A stretch of DNA of 64,000 nt from Anaerolineales bacterium (GTDB taxonomy: Bacteria > Chloroflexota > Anaerolineae > Anaerolineales > JBHHUI01). Location: contig OZ252150.1 of NCBI GenBank assembly GCA_965248775.1, positions 4,900,027-4,964,026 of the forward strand, in the 5' to 3' direction. Under the pieces are notes generated by a model. It had not been told where the DNA came from. It ran no database searches and saw only the letters and a program-made list of their open reading frames with translations. The translations under genes were made by a program, and so were the position numbers. Below are positions 20,351-31,291 of this stretch, piece by piece (the first letter of the stretch is position 1; every line of letters starts with the position of its first letter).

Positions 20351-22951
20351 ATGAATATAAAAGCAAGTTTACGGGTCAAATTACTGGCGGCGTTTGTTAT
20401 TGTGTTGGTCGTCAGCAGCGCCGTGGCCGTCTTTGGCTACAAGACACAGGTGGATCGCAGCGAAACAATTGGGTGGATCGACCACACCAACGAAGTAATA
20501 ACAGCAGCAGATGCAACCCTGATCGGTCTGATCAACATGGAGACCGGTTTTCGCGGGTATATGGCCACCGGCGATGAGAACTTCCTCGAACCGTATCACG
20601 TCGGCGAGGTGGAGGTCGCTGAGACTCTCGCGGAATTGAAGGAACTCACCTCCGACAATCCGGCCCAGGTGGCTCGCTGGGAAGAGATTGAAGTCGCTTG
20701 GCATAGCTGGCAAGCAGAATGGATTGAACCGGGCATCGCGATTCGGGAACTGGCCAACAACGCCACCCATAGTGCAGATGCTCTCCACGATGTGATTGCC
20801 GAAGGGCGCGGCAAAGAATCCATGGACGAGTTGCGCGGCGTTCTGCACGAGCTGGAGAACGAGATGGTGTCCGAGGGTAATCTGGGGGCCACCGTTCTGG
20901 TCGCCCAGTTAACAGAAGACATCGTCAATCAAGAGACCGGCATGCGTGGCTTTATTGTGACGGGTGAAGAGGGCTTCCTGGATCCTTACACAGGCGGCCA
21001 AGCGGATTGGGTCAGTCTTATGGCTGCGCTACAACCTAGCCTGGCTGGCAGTGCTTCTGCCCAGGATCTGGCCGAGCGTACCGACGCACTATCCGCTCAG
21101 TGGCAGGAAGATGCGGCCGAGCCCTGGATCGCGGCCCGGCGCGGGGTGAATGAAAATCCCACGACGGTTGATGATGTCGCCGCTTATGTGGACAGCGGGG
21201 GCGGCAAGCAGTTTATGGATCTCATGCGATTGGATCTGGCCGAAGCGCGTGAGGTTGAGCACAACTTGCTTGTGGAGCGCGAGGAGGCAGATGCGACTGC
21301 CACCGCGCTGGCGAGTAGCGTGACGATCTTCGGCACTCTGGCGGCAATTGTCGCCGGCCTGTCAATCGCTTTCTTCCTCTCACACAACATTTCCAACGCC
21401 GTGAATGTCATCGCGAAAGCAGCAGCGGGCATCGCTGCCGGGGACCTCGACCAACAGGTACAGGTCGAGAGTAAAGATGAGTTGGGCGCGATGGCAACCA
21501 CATTCCAACAAATGATCGCCTACCTAAGAGAAATGTCCGCGGCAGCCAGGCTGCTCGCACAGGGCGACCTGACCGCCAAGGTAGCTCCGCAGTCCGAGAA
21601 GGACGAGCTGGGCAACGCCTTTGCACAGATGATCGCCAACCTGCGCGACATAATAGGTACGGTGTCCGACAACACCGCCAGTGTCGAGGGGGCGGCGAGC
21701 GGCCTGCTCCAAATTTCCGGACAAGCCGGGCAAGCGACCTCACAGATCGCCGGCACCATCCAACAAATCGCGCAGGGCACAGTGCAGCAATCTTCAGCTG
21801 TCACGGAAACTGCCGGAACTGTTGAGCAGGTGGGGCGTGCCATCGACGGTGTAGCGAAGGGTGCCCAGGAACAGGCAACTGCCGTCGCCAGTTCTTCCGA
21901 AATGACCGCACAGATCTCAACTGCCGTACAACAGGTGGCGGCCAATGCCCAGGCCGGCGCCAAAGGCGCGGCCGAGGAGGCCGAATCGGCTCGCGACGGC
22001 GCACAGAAAGTAGACGCCACGGTTGCCGGCATGGAATCCATCCGGGAGAAAGTTGGGCTCTCGGCCGAGAAGGTGCAGGAGATGGGGCAGCGACCCGAGG
22101 AAATCGGCGCCATTGTCGAGACTATCGACGACATCGCCTCGCAGACCAACCTGCTGGCGCTGAACGCGGCCATCGAAGCCGCCCGCGCCGGCGAACACGG
22201 CAAGGGCTTCGCGGTGGTGGCCGACGAAGTGCGCAAACTGGCCGAGCGCGCCAGCGGCGCCACGCGCGAGATCTCTGACCTAATCAAGAATATCCAGAAG
22301 ACGGTGGCCGAGGCCGTGACGGCCATGAACGACGGCGCCACCGAAGTGGAAGCAGGTGTGGAGCGCGCCAACGAATCGGGGCAAGCACTGGCAGATATCC
22401 TGGAGGGTGTCGAGCAGGTTACGCAGCAAGTGGAAGAGATTGCCTCCGCGGCGGAAGAGATGGAAAATTCGACCGATGAGTTGGTGAAATCGATTGACGG
22501 CGTCTCCGCTGTGGTGGAAGAGAATACGGCTGCCACCGAAGAAATGTCGGCCGGCTCCAGCGAGGTGACGCAGGCTATGGAGAATATCGCCAGCATTAGC
22601 GAGCAGAACAGCGCAGCGGCGGAGGAAGTGAGCGCCGCCACGGTGGAGATGACCGCCCAGGTAGATGAAGTGACCACCTCGGCCCAAATCCTAAGCGACC
22701 TGGCGAGTACGCTACAACAAGCCGTGTCGCAGTTCACGCTGTCGACAAATGGCGACGGTGAAGCGGCTTCGCGTCCTCGTCTAGTCGACGAGACTGGGCA
22801 GCACCCCGGCGGGGCGCCGACCCGACGTGGGGGACGTGGTGGCGCAACTGTCGGCGAGCAAGCCCAGGCTGAGCAGGGAGCGCTTGTGGCAAGCTCACCC
22901 GCGAGCAATGGGCGTCAGTATGAAAAGCTGCCGGTTGCCGGCGGCGACTAA
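20351..22951 (+). CDS. Methyl-accepting chemotaxis protein with CHASE3-type periplasmic domain, HAMP and MCP signalling domain
   Basis: N-terminal TM helix, CHASE3-like [20 protein letters not shown] and a second [20 protein letters not shown]. Second TM helix, HAMP ([16 protein letters not shown]). Highly conserved hairpin [40 protein letters not shown]. Confidence 0.95.
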   Translation: MNIKASLRVKLLAAFVIVLVVSSAVAVFGYKTQVDRSETIGWIDHTNEVITAADATLIGLINMETGFRGYMATGDENFLEPYHVGEVEVAETLAELKELTSDNPAQVARWEEIEVAWHSWQAEWIEPGIAIRELANNATHSADALHDVIAEGRGKESMDELRGVLHELENEMVSEGNLGATVLVAQLTEDIVNQETGMRGFIVTGEEGFLDPYTGGQADWVSLMAALQPSLAGSASAQDLAERTDALSAQWQEDAAEPWIAARRGVNENPTTVDDVAAYVDSGGGKQFMDLMRLDLAEAREVEHNLLVEREEADATATALASSVTIFGTLAAIVAGLSIAFFLSHNISNAVNVIAKAAAGIAAGDLDQQVQVESKDELGAMATTFQQMIAYLREMSAAARLLAQGDLTAKVAPQSEKDELGNAFAQMIANLRDIIGTVSDNTASVEGAASGLLQISGQAGQATSQIAGTIQQIAQGTVQQSSAVTETAGTVEQVGRAIDGVAKGAQEQATAVASSSEMTAQISTAVQQVAANAQAGAKGAAEEAESARDGAQKVDATVAGMESIREKVGLSAEKVQEMGQRPEEIGAIVETIDDIASQTNLLALNAAIEAARAGEHGKGFAVVADEVRKLAERASGATREISDLIKNIQKTVAEAVTAMNDGATEVEAGVERANESGQALADILEGVEQVTQQVEEIASAAEEMENSTDELVKSIDGVSAVVEENTAATEEMSAGSSEVTQAMENIASISEQNSAAAEEVSAATVEMTAQVDEVTTSAQILSDLASTLQQAVSQFTLSTNGDGEAASRPRLVDETGQHPGGAPTRRGGRGGATVGEQAQAEQGALVASSPASNGRQYEKLPVAGGD

Positions 22952-22991
22952 ATGCCAGTCATCTGGCCATTCAGTTTATGGGAGCAATTTA

Positions 22992-23507
22992 ATGGAAGAT
23001 CAACTCGTTGTATTCGAGCTGGCTGATGAACATTACGGCGTGGACATCGCCGCCGTGGAGGGCATCATCAAGATGCAGTCCATCACATCCGTGCCGCACG
23101 CGCCGTCCTTCGTCGAGGGCGTCACCAACCTGCGCGGCAGCGTGCTACCAGTGCTCGATCTGCGTAAGCGTTTTGGCATGCCGCAAACGGACTATACGAA
23201 TGAAACGCGCATTGTCGTCATAGAGCTGGGCGGGAATTCGGTGGGCATGGGAGTGGACGGCGTCTCGGAAGTGTTGCGCGTGCCCGAGAACGCCATCGAA
23301 CCGCCTTCGCCGTTGGTAACGTCAGTGGACTCGGCTTTCATCACAGGAATTGCCAAGGTGGACGAGCGGCTGGTGATCCTGCTGGACCTGAGCAAAGTGC
23401 TCTCGATCAAAGAGAGTACTGAACTGCAGTCTGTGCAGAATGCCGATGAAAAGACATCAGATAAAGCTCCGGTCAAAGCTACCCAGCCCGTGCCGGTCGC
23501 GGCTTGA
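22992..23507 (+). CDS. cheW: CheW-like coupling protein
   Basis: LVVFELADEHYGVDIAAVEGII...VPHAPSFVEGVTNLRGSVLPVLDLRKRFG...VGMGVDGVSEVL. The ATG at 22992 with an upstream GGGAG is preferred over the longer ORF from 22827. Confidence 0.9.
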   Translation: MEDQLVVFELADEHYGVDIAAVEGIIKMQSITSVPHAPSFVEGVTNLRGSVLPVLDLRKRFGMPQTDYTNETRIVVIELGGNSVGMGVDGVSEVLRVPENAIEPPSPLVTSVDSAFITGIAKVDERLVILLDLSKVLSIKESTELQSVQNADEKTSDKAPVKATQPVPVAA

Positions 23508-23566
23508 CGCCCACAAAGAACTAACCTGGCTGAGAAAGCCACACACTGACGACGCAAGATCGAAAA

Positions 23567-23600
23567 GCGGCGTGCCCCATATGGAGCACGCCGCTTTTAT
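23567..23600. terminator. Intrinsic (potentially bidirectional) terminator after cheW
   Basis: aaaa-gcggcgtgc-cccatatgga-gcacgccgc-tttt. Confidence 0.75.
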
Positions 23601-24373
23601 TCCGTTAATGCGGATGTTTTCTGGCTGCGCATAGGAGAACTGTCACTGAAATAAGCGCTATATTTGATAGGTAATCGTTGAGCGCTACAGGTTGAGAAAG
23701 CTGTACTCAGTCCCGTCTAGTTGTCGACCTCGACAGGACGGCATTTTGCGGCGCCGCATTATTTGGCTCTGGGTTCACACGCGCCTTTACACCGCACATC
23801 AGGATGTAAACGGCTACTAATTTAGGGGCGCCATAGTCCTGATCGTATAGCCATATCTGGGTACGGTAACAACATGACACGGCTTTGATGGGTCAAGTTC
23901 AATCTTCTCGCGTAAGTTCTTTACATGCACACGCACGAGGTCCGACGACCCGGCGTCAAAGGGATAATCCCACACATCGTGCAGCAATTTCATAGGCGAA
24001 AAGACTTCATCCGGATGACTCATCAAGTAGTACAACAAGTCGAATTGCACCGGCGTGAGCGTCACCTCACCTTTTGGCGTTGTGGCCGTGAATGCCTTGC
24101 AATTGAGGTGTAGATCGTGGATGACGATCTTGTCGCGCCTCGTTGAGTTTTTTTCGACAGGCTTGTTTCGATTGCCTCGCCGTAAAATAGCCCGGATGCG
24201 TAACAATAATTCGTCGACGTTGAATGGCTTCGTCAAGTAATCATCGACGCCAGAACGGAACCCAGCAATTTTGTCTTCATTGCTCGATAGCGAAGTCAGG
24301 AACAGAATGGGTAAGTCAGCCAGTATCGGATCAGCGCGCAGCTGTCTGCAGACCTCATAGCCGTCCATGCCTA

Positions 24374-25702
24374 GGAACGAGAATTAAATAATTTGGGCAG
24401 TTGGTTCACAACGGATGCAAGCAGTGATATTCTCTTGGCTTCATCAGAACACTAGCCCGGAGGCCATGATGAAACCCTATGCGCCCGAACATGAAGAAAT
24501 GATGCGCCGCTTTTACAACAGCTTGAACGAGAAAGATGGGCGTCGCTTTGCTGGTTTCGAAGCCTTGAGATTTGGACACGGCGGACGGAGTTACATTGCG
24601 CGGGTGTTGGGGTGCAGTCGCAACACGGTGAGCAAAGGCGCCCGCGAAGTCAGTGGCTTGCCCAAGGGCGAAGTGGAGCAGCGCATTCGGAAGCCAGGCG
24701 GCGGACGCAAACCGTACTACGTCACATGGGGGGCGCAACTTGCTGAGAAGTTCCTGGCAGTGTTGCGCGAGCACACAGCCGGTGACCCGCTGGACGAGAG
24801 GGTGCGCTGGACGAACCTGACCCCGGGCGAGATTGTTGCGGCGTTGCGGGCCGAGCACGACATCGTGGTCAGCAAATATGTGGTGCGCAAGTTGCTGCAG
24901 AAGCACAACTATCGCCGCCGAAAAGCGCAAAAGAAACTCGGTTTGAAGGCCGAGATTGAAAACCGCAACGAGCAATTTGAGAACATCACGCGGCTCAAGA
25001 CCGAATTCGAAGCGGCGGGCAATCCCATTGTCAGCATGGACAGCAAGAAAAAGGAATATCTGGGCAATTTCTACCGAGACGGACATTTGTACACCCTGGA
25101 AGAACTGCAAACTTATGACCATGATTTCAACAGCTATGCTGCTGGGGTCAGCATTCCTCACAGTCTCTACGACTTGCGTCTCAATGTCGGCTACATCCAA
25201 CTCGGCGGCAGTCATGATACCAGTGAATTCGCTTGCGATAGCTTTCGCCATTGGTGGTACACATACGGCCACTACCACTATCCCAACGCCACTTCTATTC
25301 TCGTGCTTTGCGATGGCGGCGGGAGTAACAGTTCCCGCTACTACATCTTCAAGCAAGACTTGCAAGCACTGGCCGATGAAATCGGGGTCGAAATTCGCAT
25401 TGCTCACTATCCACCCTATTGCTCGAAATACAACCCCAGCGAACACCGTTTCTTCCCGCATGTTACCCGCGCTTGCCAAGGCGTGATCTTCACCAGCCGC
25501 AAACTCGTCAAAGAACTGATGGAAAAAACCAGCACCAAGACCGGACTGAAAGCTTTTGTCCATGTTATTGACCAGGTCTACGAAACCGGTCGTAAAGTAG
25601 CCACAGATTTCAGGGACAACATGCGCATTATCTTTGATGATTTCTTGCCCCAATGGAATTACCGCGCTCTCCCATTTGCACAAGTTATTTAATTCTCATT
25701 CC
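24374..25702 (+). mobile_element. ISAzo13-family insertion sequence, copy 1 (1329 bp)
   Basis: 18-bp inverted repeats, ggaacgagaattaaataa versus the reverse complement of ttatttaattctcattcc, with 1 mismatch. 3-bp target duplication cta at 24371-24373 and 25703-25705. Near-identical to 59902-61230. Confidence 0.85.
24415..25692 (+). CDS. ISAzo13-family DDE transposase (425 aa)
   Basis: ...RRFYNSLNEKDGRRFAGFEALRFGHGGRSYIARVLGCSRNTVSKGAREV...RIRKPGGGRKPY...SMDSKKKEYLGNF...VLCDGGGSNS...HYPPYCSKYNPSEHRFF..., the pattern I recognise for ISAzo13-like transposases. Confidence 0.75.
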   Translation: MQAVIFSWLHQNTSPEAMMKPYAPEHEEMMRRFYNSLNEKDGRRFAGFEALRFGHGGRSYIARVLGCSRNTVSKGAREVSGLPKGEVEQRIRKPGGGRKPYYVTWGAQLAEKFLAVLREHTAGDPLDERVRWTNLTPGEIVAALRAEHDIVVSKYVVRKLLQKHNYRRRKAQKKLGLKAEIENRNEQFENITRLKTEFEAAGNPIVSMDSKKKEYLGNFYRDGHLYTLEELQTYDHDFNSYAAGVSIPHSLYDLRLNVGYIQLGGSHDTSEFACDSFRHWWYTYGHYHYPNATSILVLCDGGGSNSSRYYIFKQDLQALADEIGVEIRIAHYPPYCSKYNPSEHRFFPHVTRACQGVIFTSRKLVKELMEKTSTKTGLKAFVHVIDQVYETGRKVATDFRDNMRIIFDDFLPQWNYRALPFAQVI

Positions 25703-26076
25703 CTAGCATCAGAATATCAAGGCACATCAAGTCAGGTCGGTGGCGGCGGGCTGCGTTGAGGGTCTCCACACCCGAATTGGCGACTGTTACGCCAAGACCG
25801 TCGATACGCAGAGAGCGTTCAATACTCCCGGCAACAAGCTTTTCGTCATCTACAACCAGAATTTGTGGCTTGTATGTGTTTATCATCTCAACCCCTTATT
25901 TTCACTTATACGTATTCCGCCTGCTCCCCGGCATGCTCGTTGCTGAGCTTCGTCGTGCGGCAATATCCATCCTGCAAATCCAATTTCACTGTATGCTGAT
26001 TGTCACGACGTCTCGATCGCTGCGACATTCTTAGCGATCTCCTCTACAAAACAACGTGGGGGTTCCGCTCTTCTAC

Positions 26077-26895
26077 GGTAGTGGTTACATGTTGACTGAT
26101 GAGTCTGGAAAAAGTAAGTTGTTGGCCTGCCAAACAGAAGAGCGCCAAAATGATCCAGAGTGTCATCACGCATGAGTGTTCAAAGTGCAGGAGCCTCAAC
26201 ATTGTCAAGAATGGTACAGACTATAAAGGCGGTCAGAAGTTTCATTGTCTCGATTGCGCCGCTTATGGAATGTTGGAACCGCAAAGCCGTTCTTATCCTG
26301 AGTTCATCAGAGAATTTGTCCTACGCACCTATCGAGAGCGAGCCAGTATGCGCGGCATTGAGCGCATCTTTGGCATCGCGCGGCAGACATTAGCACGCTG
26401 GATTCTGGAGAAGGCCGGCGCTATGCCGAACCTGGCTGACACTTTAGAAACCGTAAAAACGGATGATGTGCTGGAATTGGATGAATTATGGTCATTTGTA
26501 CGCACAAAAAACGATAAACGTTGGATATGGGTCGCGCTGTGTCGGCGCACGCGCCAAGTGGTGGCCTATTTTATTGGCGACCGCAGTGAAAAAAGTTGTC
26601 GCGCGTTATGGAAATCCATCCCAGCATCCTACAAAGCGTGTTGCTCCTTCAGCGACTTCTGGCACGCTTACCAGAAGGTTTTACCAAACGACACTCACCA
26701 AAGTGTCGGCAAAGAAAGCGGCCAGACATCTCACGTGGAACGCTGGAACAACACCTTGCGCCAGAGACTGGCTCGCTTCGTGCGCAAAACTCTTTCTTTC
26801 TCCAAGTCCGACGTTTACCATGAAGCTGTACTCAAGTTGTATCTCCATTACTACAATACAGCGTGGTCCCCATCAGTTACCATGTAACCACTACC
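26077..26895 (+). mobile_element. IS1-family insertion sequence, copy 2 (819 bp)
   Basis: Same inverted repeats as copy 1. 8-bp target duplication tcttctac at 26069-26076 and 26896-26903. Confidence 0.9.
26099..26887 (+). CDS. IS1-family transposase (262 aa), copy 2
   Basis: One aa difference from 12704-13492 (R to K at residue 14). Confidence 0.9.
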   Translation: MSLEKVSCWPAKQKSAKMIQSVITHECSKCRSLNIVKNGTDYKGGQKFHCLDCAAYGMLEPQSRSYPEFIREFVLRTYRERASMRGIERIFGIARQTLARWILEKAGAMPNLADTLETVKTDDVLELDELWSFVRTKNDKRWIWVALCRRTRQVVAYFIGDRSEKSCRALWKSIPASYKACCSFSDFWHAYQKVLPNDTHQSVGKESGQTSHVERWNNTLRQRLARFVRKTLSFSKSDVYHEAVLKLYLHYYNTAWSPSVTM

Positions 26896-27755
26896 TCTTC
26901 TACATATGGAAAGCATACAATTTATTTGTCGAAGCTCTGCCCCAGGAAACTCTGGAGTTGTCCCAAACAAAAGGATGGTCATTCCAGACTATCAGTAACT
27001 GGTTAAATTGCTAGGTTTTCTTCTCGAGAGAATTTGGGAGCGGCGTTTAGTTGGCCTGCCTATTGGATGTCAGGGATACGGTCGCTTGTAAGATCGACGA
27101 GGAAGGAAAAGTGTAAATAAATTGTATACCGCTGGTGATATACATTCTCACACGGAGAGCCACTATGTATCCTACTGCCGCCGTGAATGTTCGATGGAAA
27201 CCGGTGAAGTGGGGTAGGGAGAAAACTTTATATTGCCAAATTTGGTTGGAACGATCCTGATCGCGGTCTCGATACCCGCCCAGTCGTAGGCGACCAGTAC
27301 AGTCACTGGATTGCGCTGTACGCGGTCGGGAGTGCGATCGACTGCATCACATTAACAGCGCAGGATCGTGTAGCTTCGAGTGCTGCAATGTGATAATGAT
27401 ACTCGTTGGTATGTAAATTCGGGCGATAGTCATTGGGAGTTGCCGAAGGAGTGGAGGTCATGACAACCTAGGTCTACTAGGTTTTATGTAATTAGACCAA
27501 AAATTAATACCTCAGAGAGGAATCGAACCTTTAACTTGAGAATTGCTCCCTAATTCTTCAATATAAGCAAGGAGCTTTTGTCCGACAGAGTCAGTCAGGC
27601 GATCTTCAAAAGGCTTGCCAAGTTCGCCGTTACCCCGATCAGCTTAATCATCTGGGGTGTGTAGTGTATCCCTATCTACATTGGCAAGCGTTGGGAAGAC
27701 GGGCAAATTTATATCTGGTGGCTGCTGATTGTGACGATACGGTCCTCGCCGAATA

Positions 27756-28034
27756 TTATTCAAGTCCGATTGAAAACATGCGCTCCAGATCGTGGCGCGA
27801 GAAGACCCGGAACGCAATCAGCGTCTCAGTGTCTGAAATTCCATCGACAATCGTCATTTTGCTGGTGATCAGTTCGGCCAAGGCGTCATTGTCCGGGACG
27901 CGCAATATGGCGACAAGGTCATAACGCCCGGCGACTGAAAAAACCTCGGAGATGCCTTCAATGCCTGCAAGCTCTTCGGCGGCGCTGTTAATCATGTCCC
28001 GTTCGGCGTTAATTAATATAATCGCAGAGACCAT
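27756..28034 (-). CDS. Lrp/AsnC ligand-binding (RAM) domain protein, stand-alone
   Basis: MVSAIILINAERD...IEGISEVFSVAGRYDLVAILRVPDNDALAELITSKM...GISDTETLIAF. Confidence 0.8.
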   Translation of the reverse strand: MVSAIILINAERDMINSAAEELAGIEGISEVFSVAGRYDLVAILRVPDNDALAELITSKMTIVDGISDTETLIAFRVFSRHDLERMFSIGLE

Positions 28035-28050
28035 TCGTAGCTCCTTTCGG

Positions 28051-28527
28051 CTATATAGCCGTTTGTGTCGTACGTACTAATCGAGAGACTTGTGCAAGAT
28101 GGTGATCGTCGTGTTCGGCGATGAAATACGTGGGGTCGATCACCCGCATCGGTTTCTTTAAGCGCGGGTGGTGGGCGGTTTTCAATACCTCTCTCGTATC
28201 TAGGACATCCAATTGTTTTACAATTGCAAATCGTTCCGTATGGAAATCTGCAACGATTTGCAGCATCGAGCGCGCGTTGTGGTCGGCTTCGTGCGTTTTT
28301 CGATTCTCCAAATCTGCATTGCGCATCGTGTCCGCGCCGTTTAGGATATCGTCAAGTCGTCCGACCCACAACTCCTCCAGATCCCAGAGGTGACCAACTT
28401 CTTCCTGAATCGACCAGCGTTTGCCAACTTGTTGTGTGAGCATTTCCTCGGATAATCCGCGAACCAACTCTTCGGTTCGAACCTGTGTGCCACGCAGGCG
28501 CTCGACGATGTTTGGAAACATCCACAC
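28051..28527 (-). CDS. DinB-family protein
   Basis: Four-helix DinB-like pattern with conserved His residues (EEVGHLWD..., ...AEHDDHHLAQV). Confidence 0.7.
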   Translation of the reverse strand: MWMFPNIVERLRGTQVRTEELVRGLSEEMLTQQVGKRWSIQEEVGHLWDLEELWVGRLDDILNGADTMRNADLENRKTHEADHNARSMLQIVADFHTERFAIVKQLDVLDTREVLKTAHHPRLKKPMRVIDPTYFIAEHDDHHLAQVSRLVRTTQTAI

Positions 28528-28574
28528 GTCGAAATCGAATGAGAAGCGCCGCTCAAACCACGCGTATTCTTCGA

Positions 28575-30830
28575 TTATGGCCGGCCCTCTCTCGTTTGCG
28601 CGTCCATCATTGCTACCGCGGCCATATTCACAATATCTTCAACGGCATCCCCGGCCTGTAGGACATGCACAGGCCCGCCGAGCCCAAGCAATATCGGTCC
28701 GATGATGCGCGCGCCACCCAGCCGGTGCATCAGTTTGTAGGCAATGTTTGCCGAAGCGAGCGTTGGGAAGACGAGCACATTTGCATCGCTCACTTGGCTA
28801 AACGGATAGCGTTCCTCAATTAATTCCGGCACAACGGCAACATCGGCCTGCATTTCACCGTCCACAGCAAGGTCGGGGCGGCGTTCCCGCACGATTTTTA
28901 CCGCGTCTCGCACCTTGGCGGAATAAGTATGCCGCACACTACCAAAGTTCGAGAAACTGAGCATTGCCACGCGTGGATTGATCCCTAGCGTTTGAGCAAA
29001 GTCGGCGGCAAGAATAGCCGCTTCAGCCATCGTTTCCTTACTTTGCTCAATGTTAACCGTTGCATCGGTGAAAAGATATACACGCTCATGCACAAGGACC
29101 AGATAGATGCCGGTAACCCGGCTGGTTCTGGGACGGGGTTCAAAAATCTGCAACGCCGGACGGATGACCTCTGGGTATTCATAAGTCAGGCCGGAGAGGA
29201 ATGCGTCGGTGTCGCCCTCCTTCACCATCATCATTCCGTACAGATTCGGTTCGTAAAGTTTTTCGTGGGCCAGTTCGTTCGTGACGCCGTGCCGTTGGCG
29301 TAGTTGGTAATAGGCTTCGGCGTACACTGCTCGGCGTGGTGAGGTATTCGGGTCGATGATCTCCGGCGCGAAACGCAAACCCAGATCCGCAATCCGGCTT
29401 TCTATCCGGTCGGGCCGCCCGAGCAGTACCGGCGTGCCGATGCCCTGTTCGACCACCTGGGCAGCAGCCCGGATGATTTTAGTGTGCTCGCCTTCTGCCA
29501 AGACGATGCGCTTCGGGTTTGTGCGCGCTTTGTTGATGATGCGCCGTCGAACTTGTCGGCCACGACCCATACGGCCGGCGAGTTGTTCGCGGTATTCGTC
29601 CAGATCGATCTCACGGCGCGCCACGCCGGTTTCCATCGCGGCCTTCGCTACGGCAACACTCTCCCACAGCAGCACACGCGAATCGAACGGTTTCGGAATC
29701 AAGTAGTCCGGGCCGAATTTAAGGGCCTCGAGATTGTATGCGGTTATAACGCTGTCCGGTACATCTTCATGGGCCAAGGCTGCCAGCGCGTGCGCCGCAG
29801 CAATCTGCATCTCATTGTTTATCGCGCGCGCTCGTACATCCAACGCACCGCGAAAGATGAACGGAAAGCCGAGCACATTATTAATCTGGTTCGGATAGTC
29901 GCTCCGACCGGTAGCGACAATTGCATCCGGGCGCGCCTCACGCGCCAGCTCGTAGCGGATTTCCGGGTCCGGGTTTGACAGTGCAAAAATAATGGGCTGC
30001 TCCGCCATACTCTTGACCATCTCCGGGGTGAGTACATCTGCAATAGACAATCCCAAAAATAGGTCGGCGCCTGCGAGCGCATCTGCAAGTGTACGGCGCT
30101 CTGTCTGACGGGCGAAACGCAGCTTGTATTCATTCATGCCTTCTTCACGGCCGGCGTAGATGACCCCTTTTGAATCCAACAGCAATATGTTTTCTTTGTA
30201 GACACCCAGTTGTGTATATAAATTAGCTGAGGCAATCGCTGCCGAACCGGCACCGTTAACGACGACACGCAATTCTGTGATGTTCTTGCCGGTTAGCTCC
30301 AACGCGTTGAGTAGCGCAGCTCCCGAAATGATGGCAGTGCCGTGCTGGTCGTCATGAAAGACCGGGATATCGAGCTCGGCTTTGAGGCGTGTCTCGATTT
30401 CAAAACACTCGGGTGCTTTGATGTCTTCCAGGTTGATGCCGCCAAATGTAGGGGTGATGGCCTTTACAACTGCGATTAATTGCTCGACGTCTTCTGTGTC
30501 CACTTCGATATCGAAAACATCCACATCCGCAAACTGCTTGAACAGAACGCCCTTGCCTTCCATCACCGGTTTGGACGCCAGAGCACCCCGATTGCCCATG
30601 CCGAGGATCGCTGTGCCATTCGACACAACGGCGACAAGGTTTGATTTTGCTGTGAATTCGAAGGCGGCCTCAGAGTCTTCGTCGATAGCGCGAACAACTT
30701 CGGCTACGCCGGGCGTATAAGCCAGCGAGAGATCGCGTTGCGTGTCGAGTGGCTTTGTTGGCGTAACCGAAATTTTTCCCGGTCGCCCGCGACTGTGATA
30801 TTCAAAGACTTCCTTTGCAGTAACGCTCAT
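28575..30830 (-). CDS. maeB: NADP-dependent malic enzyme (malic enzyme domain fused to a phosphate-acetyltransferase-like domain)
   Basis: [22 protein letters not shown]...YTPGVA...[15 protein letters not shown]...FHDDQHGTA...NGAGSAAIA, then a PTA-like C-terminal half. Start placed at the MSVT ATG (30828-30830). Confidence 0.95.
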   Translation of the reverse strand: MSVTAKEVFEYHSRGRPGKISVTPTKPLDTQRDLSLAYTPGVAEVVRAIDEDSEAAFEFTAKSNLVAVVSNGTAILGMGNRGALASKPVMEGKGVLFKQFADVDVFDIEVDTEDVEQLIAVVKAITPTFGGINLEDIKAPECFEIETRLKAELDIPVFHDDQHGTAIISGAALLNALELTGKNITELRVVVNGAGSAAIASANLYTQLGVYKENILLLDSKGVIYAGREEGMNEYKLRFARQTERRTLADALAGADLFLGLSIADVLTPEMVKSMAEQPIIFALSNPDPEIRYELAREARPDAIVATGRSDYPNQINNVLGFPFIFRGALDVRARAINNEMQIAAAHALAALAHEDVPDSVITAYNLEALKFGPDYLIPKPFDSRVLLWESVAVAKAAMETGVARREIDLDEYREQLAGRMGRGRQVRRRIINKARTNPKRIVLAEGEHTKIIRAAAQVVEQGIGTPVLLGRPDRIESRIADLGLRFAPEIIDPNTSPRRAVYAEAYYQLRQRHGVTNELAHEKLYEPNLYGMMMVKEGDTDAFLSGLTYEYPEVIRPALQIFEPRPRTSRVTGIYLVLVHERVYLFTDATVNIEQSKETMAEAAILAADFAQTLGINPRVAMLSFSNFGSVRHTYSAKVRDAVKIVRERRPDLAVDGEMQADVAVVPELIEERYPFSQVSDANVLVFPTLASANIAYKLMHRLGGARIIGPILLGLGGPVHVLQAGDAVEDIVNMAAVAMMDAQTREGRP

Positions 30831-30991
30831 ATGATGTTCCTTGAAATGTGAATTGCGCAATTGTACTCGATAGGGATCTACCAAAAGTGCCAGCACTTGG
30901 ACACTCCGGGTGTCGGTTTATTGAAGAAGTGCCCGGTACCGCGTGCGGCGCCTTTGACTCCCTCCCCAAATACCGTTAAAGTGTTGCCACG

Positions 30992-31291
30992 ATGGACTTA
31001 AAAGAACTGACGACTGCCATGCACAAATTCGTGCGCTCGAAGGGCTGGTACGAACAGGACAGTGTGCGTCCACAAACGCCGCGCAACATCGCCACCTCGC
31101 TTGCTATTGAGGCAGCAGAAGTACTTGAGCACTTCCAATGGTCGGATGAAGAGCCAGATTCCGAGGCGCTCGCAGGGGAAATGGCGGATGTAGCGCTCTA
31201 TCTCCTGCAATTGGCCGGGTTGTGCGACATTGATCTCGAAAGAGCGATCCAGGATAAATTGGCGACGAACTATGAGCGCGACTGGGATTAA
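30992..31291 (+). CDS. MazG-like nucleotide pyrophosphohydrolase domain protein (99 aa)
   Basis: ...LAIEAAEVLEHFQW...EMADVALYLLQLAGLCDIDLERAIQDKL..., the small MazG/YpjD-type EExxE...D pattern. Confidence 0.8.
   Translation: MDLKELTTAMHKFVRSKGWYEQDSVRPQTPRNIATSLAIEAAEVLEHFQWSDEEPDSEALAGEMADVALYLLQLAGLCDIDLERAIQDKLATNYERDWD

Larger units (their letters stand above)
23817..25886 (-). pseudogene. OmpR-family response regulator split by an ISAzo13-family element
   Basis: The N-terminal fragment 25703-25886 reads MINTYKPQILVVDDE...DLMCLDILML. The C-terminal fragment 23817-24373 reads GMDGYEVCRQLR... followed by a winged helix ...VVTVPRYGYTI. Removing the IS plus one TSD copy gives DILMLGMDGYEV in frame. 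Confidence 0.9.

Noticed and set aside
21520-22908. A 462-aa minus-strand ORF inside the MCP gene.
   Set aside because: It is an Ala/Ser/Cys-rich low-complexity antisense product of a GC- and Ala-rich coding region. The plus strand carries the unmistakable MCP signalling hairpin.
24406-25683. A 425-aa antisense ORF spans the whole ISAzo13-family element. The same ORF recurs at 59934-61211.
   Set aside because: It lies in exact codon register with the transposase frame. It therefore only requires the transposase to avoid TTA, CTA and TCA codons, which is expected from codon bias. It has no recognisable motifs.
27495-27535. A tRNA T-arm-like sequence on the minus strand (aaaggTTCGATTcctctctgaggta), possibly a tRNA 3' fragment or att remnant.
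   Set aside because: No matching 5' acceptor strand, D-arm or anticodon stem could be found upstream, and one T-stem pair is mismatched. The evidence is insufficient for a tRNA or att call.
27664-27924. An 86-aa plus-strand ORF.
   Set aside because: It is antisense to the well-supported Lrp/AsnC RAM-domain gene.
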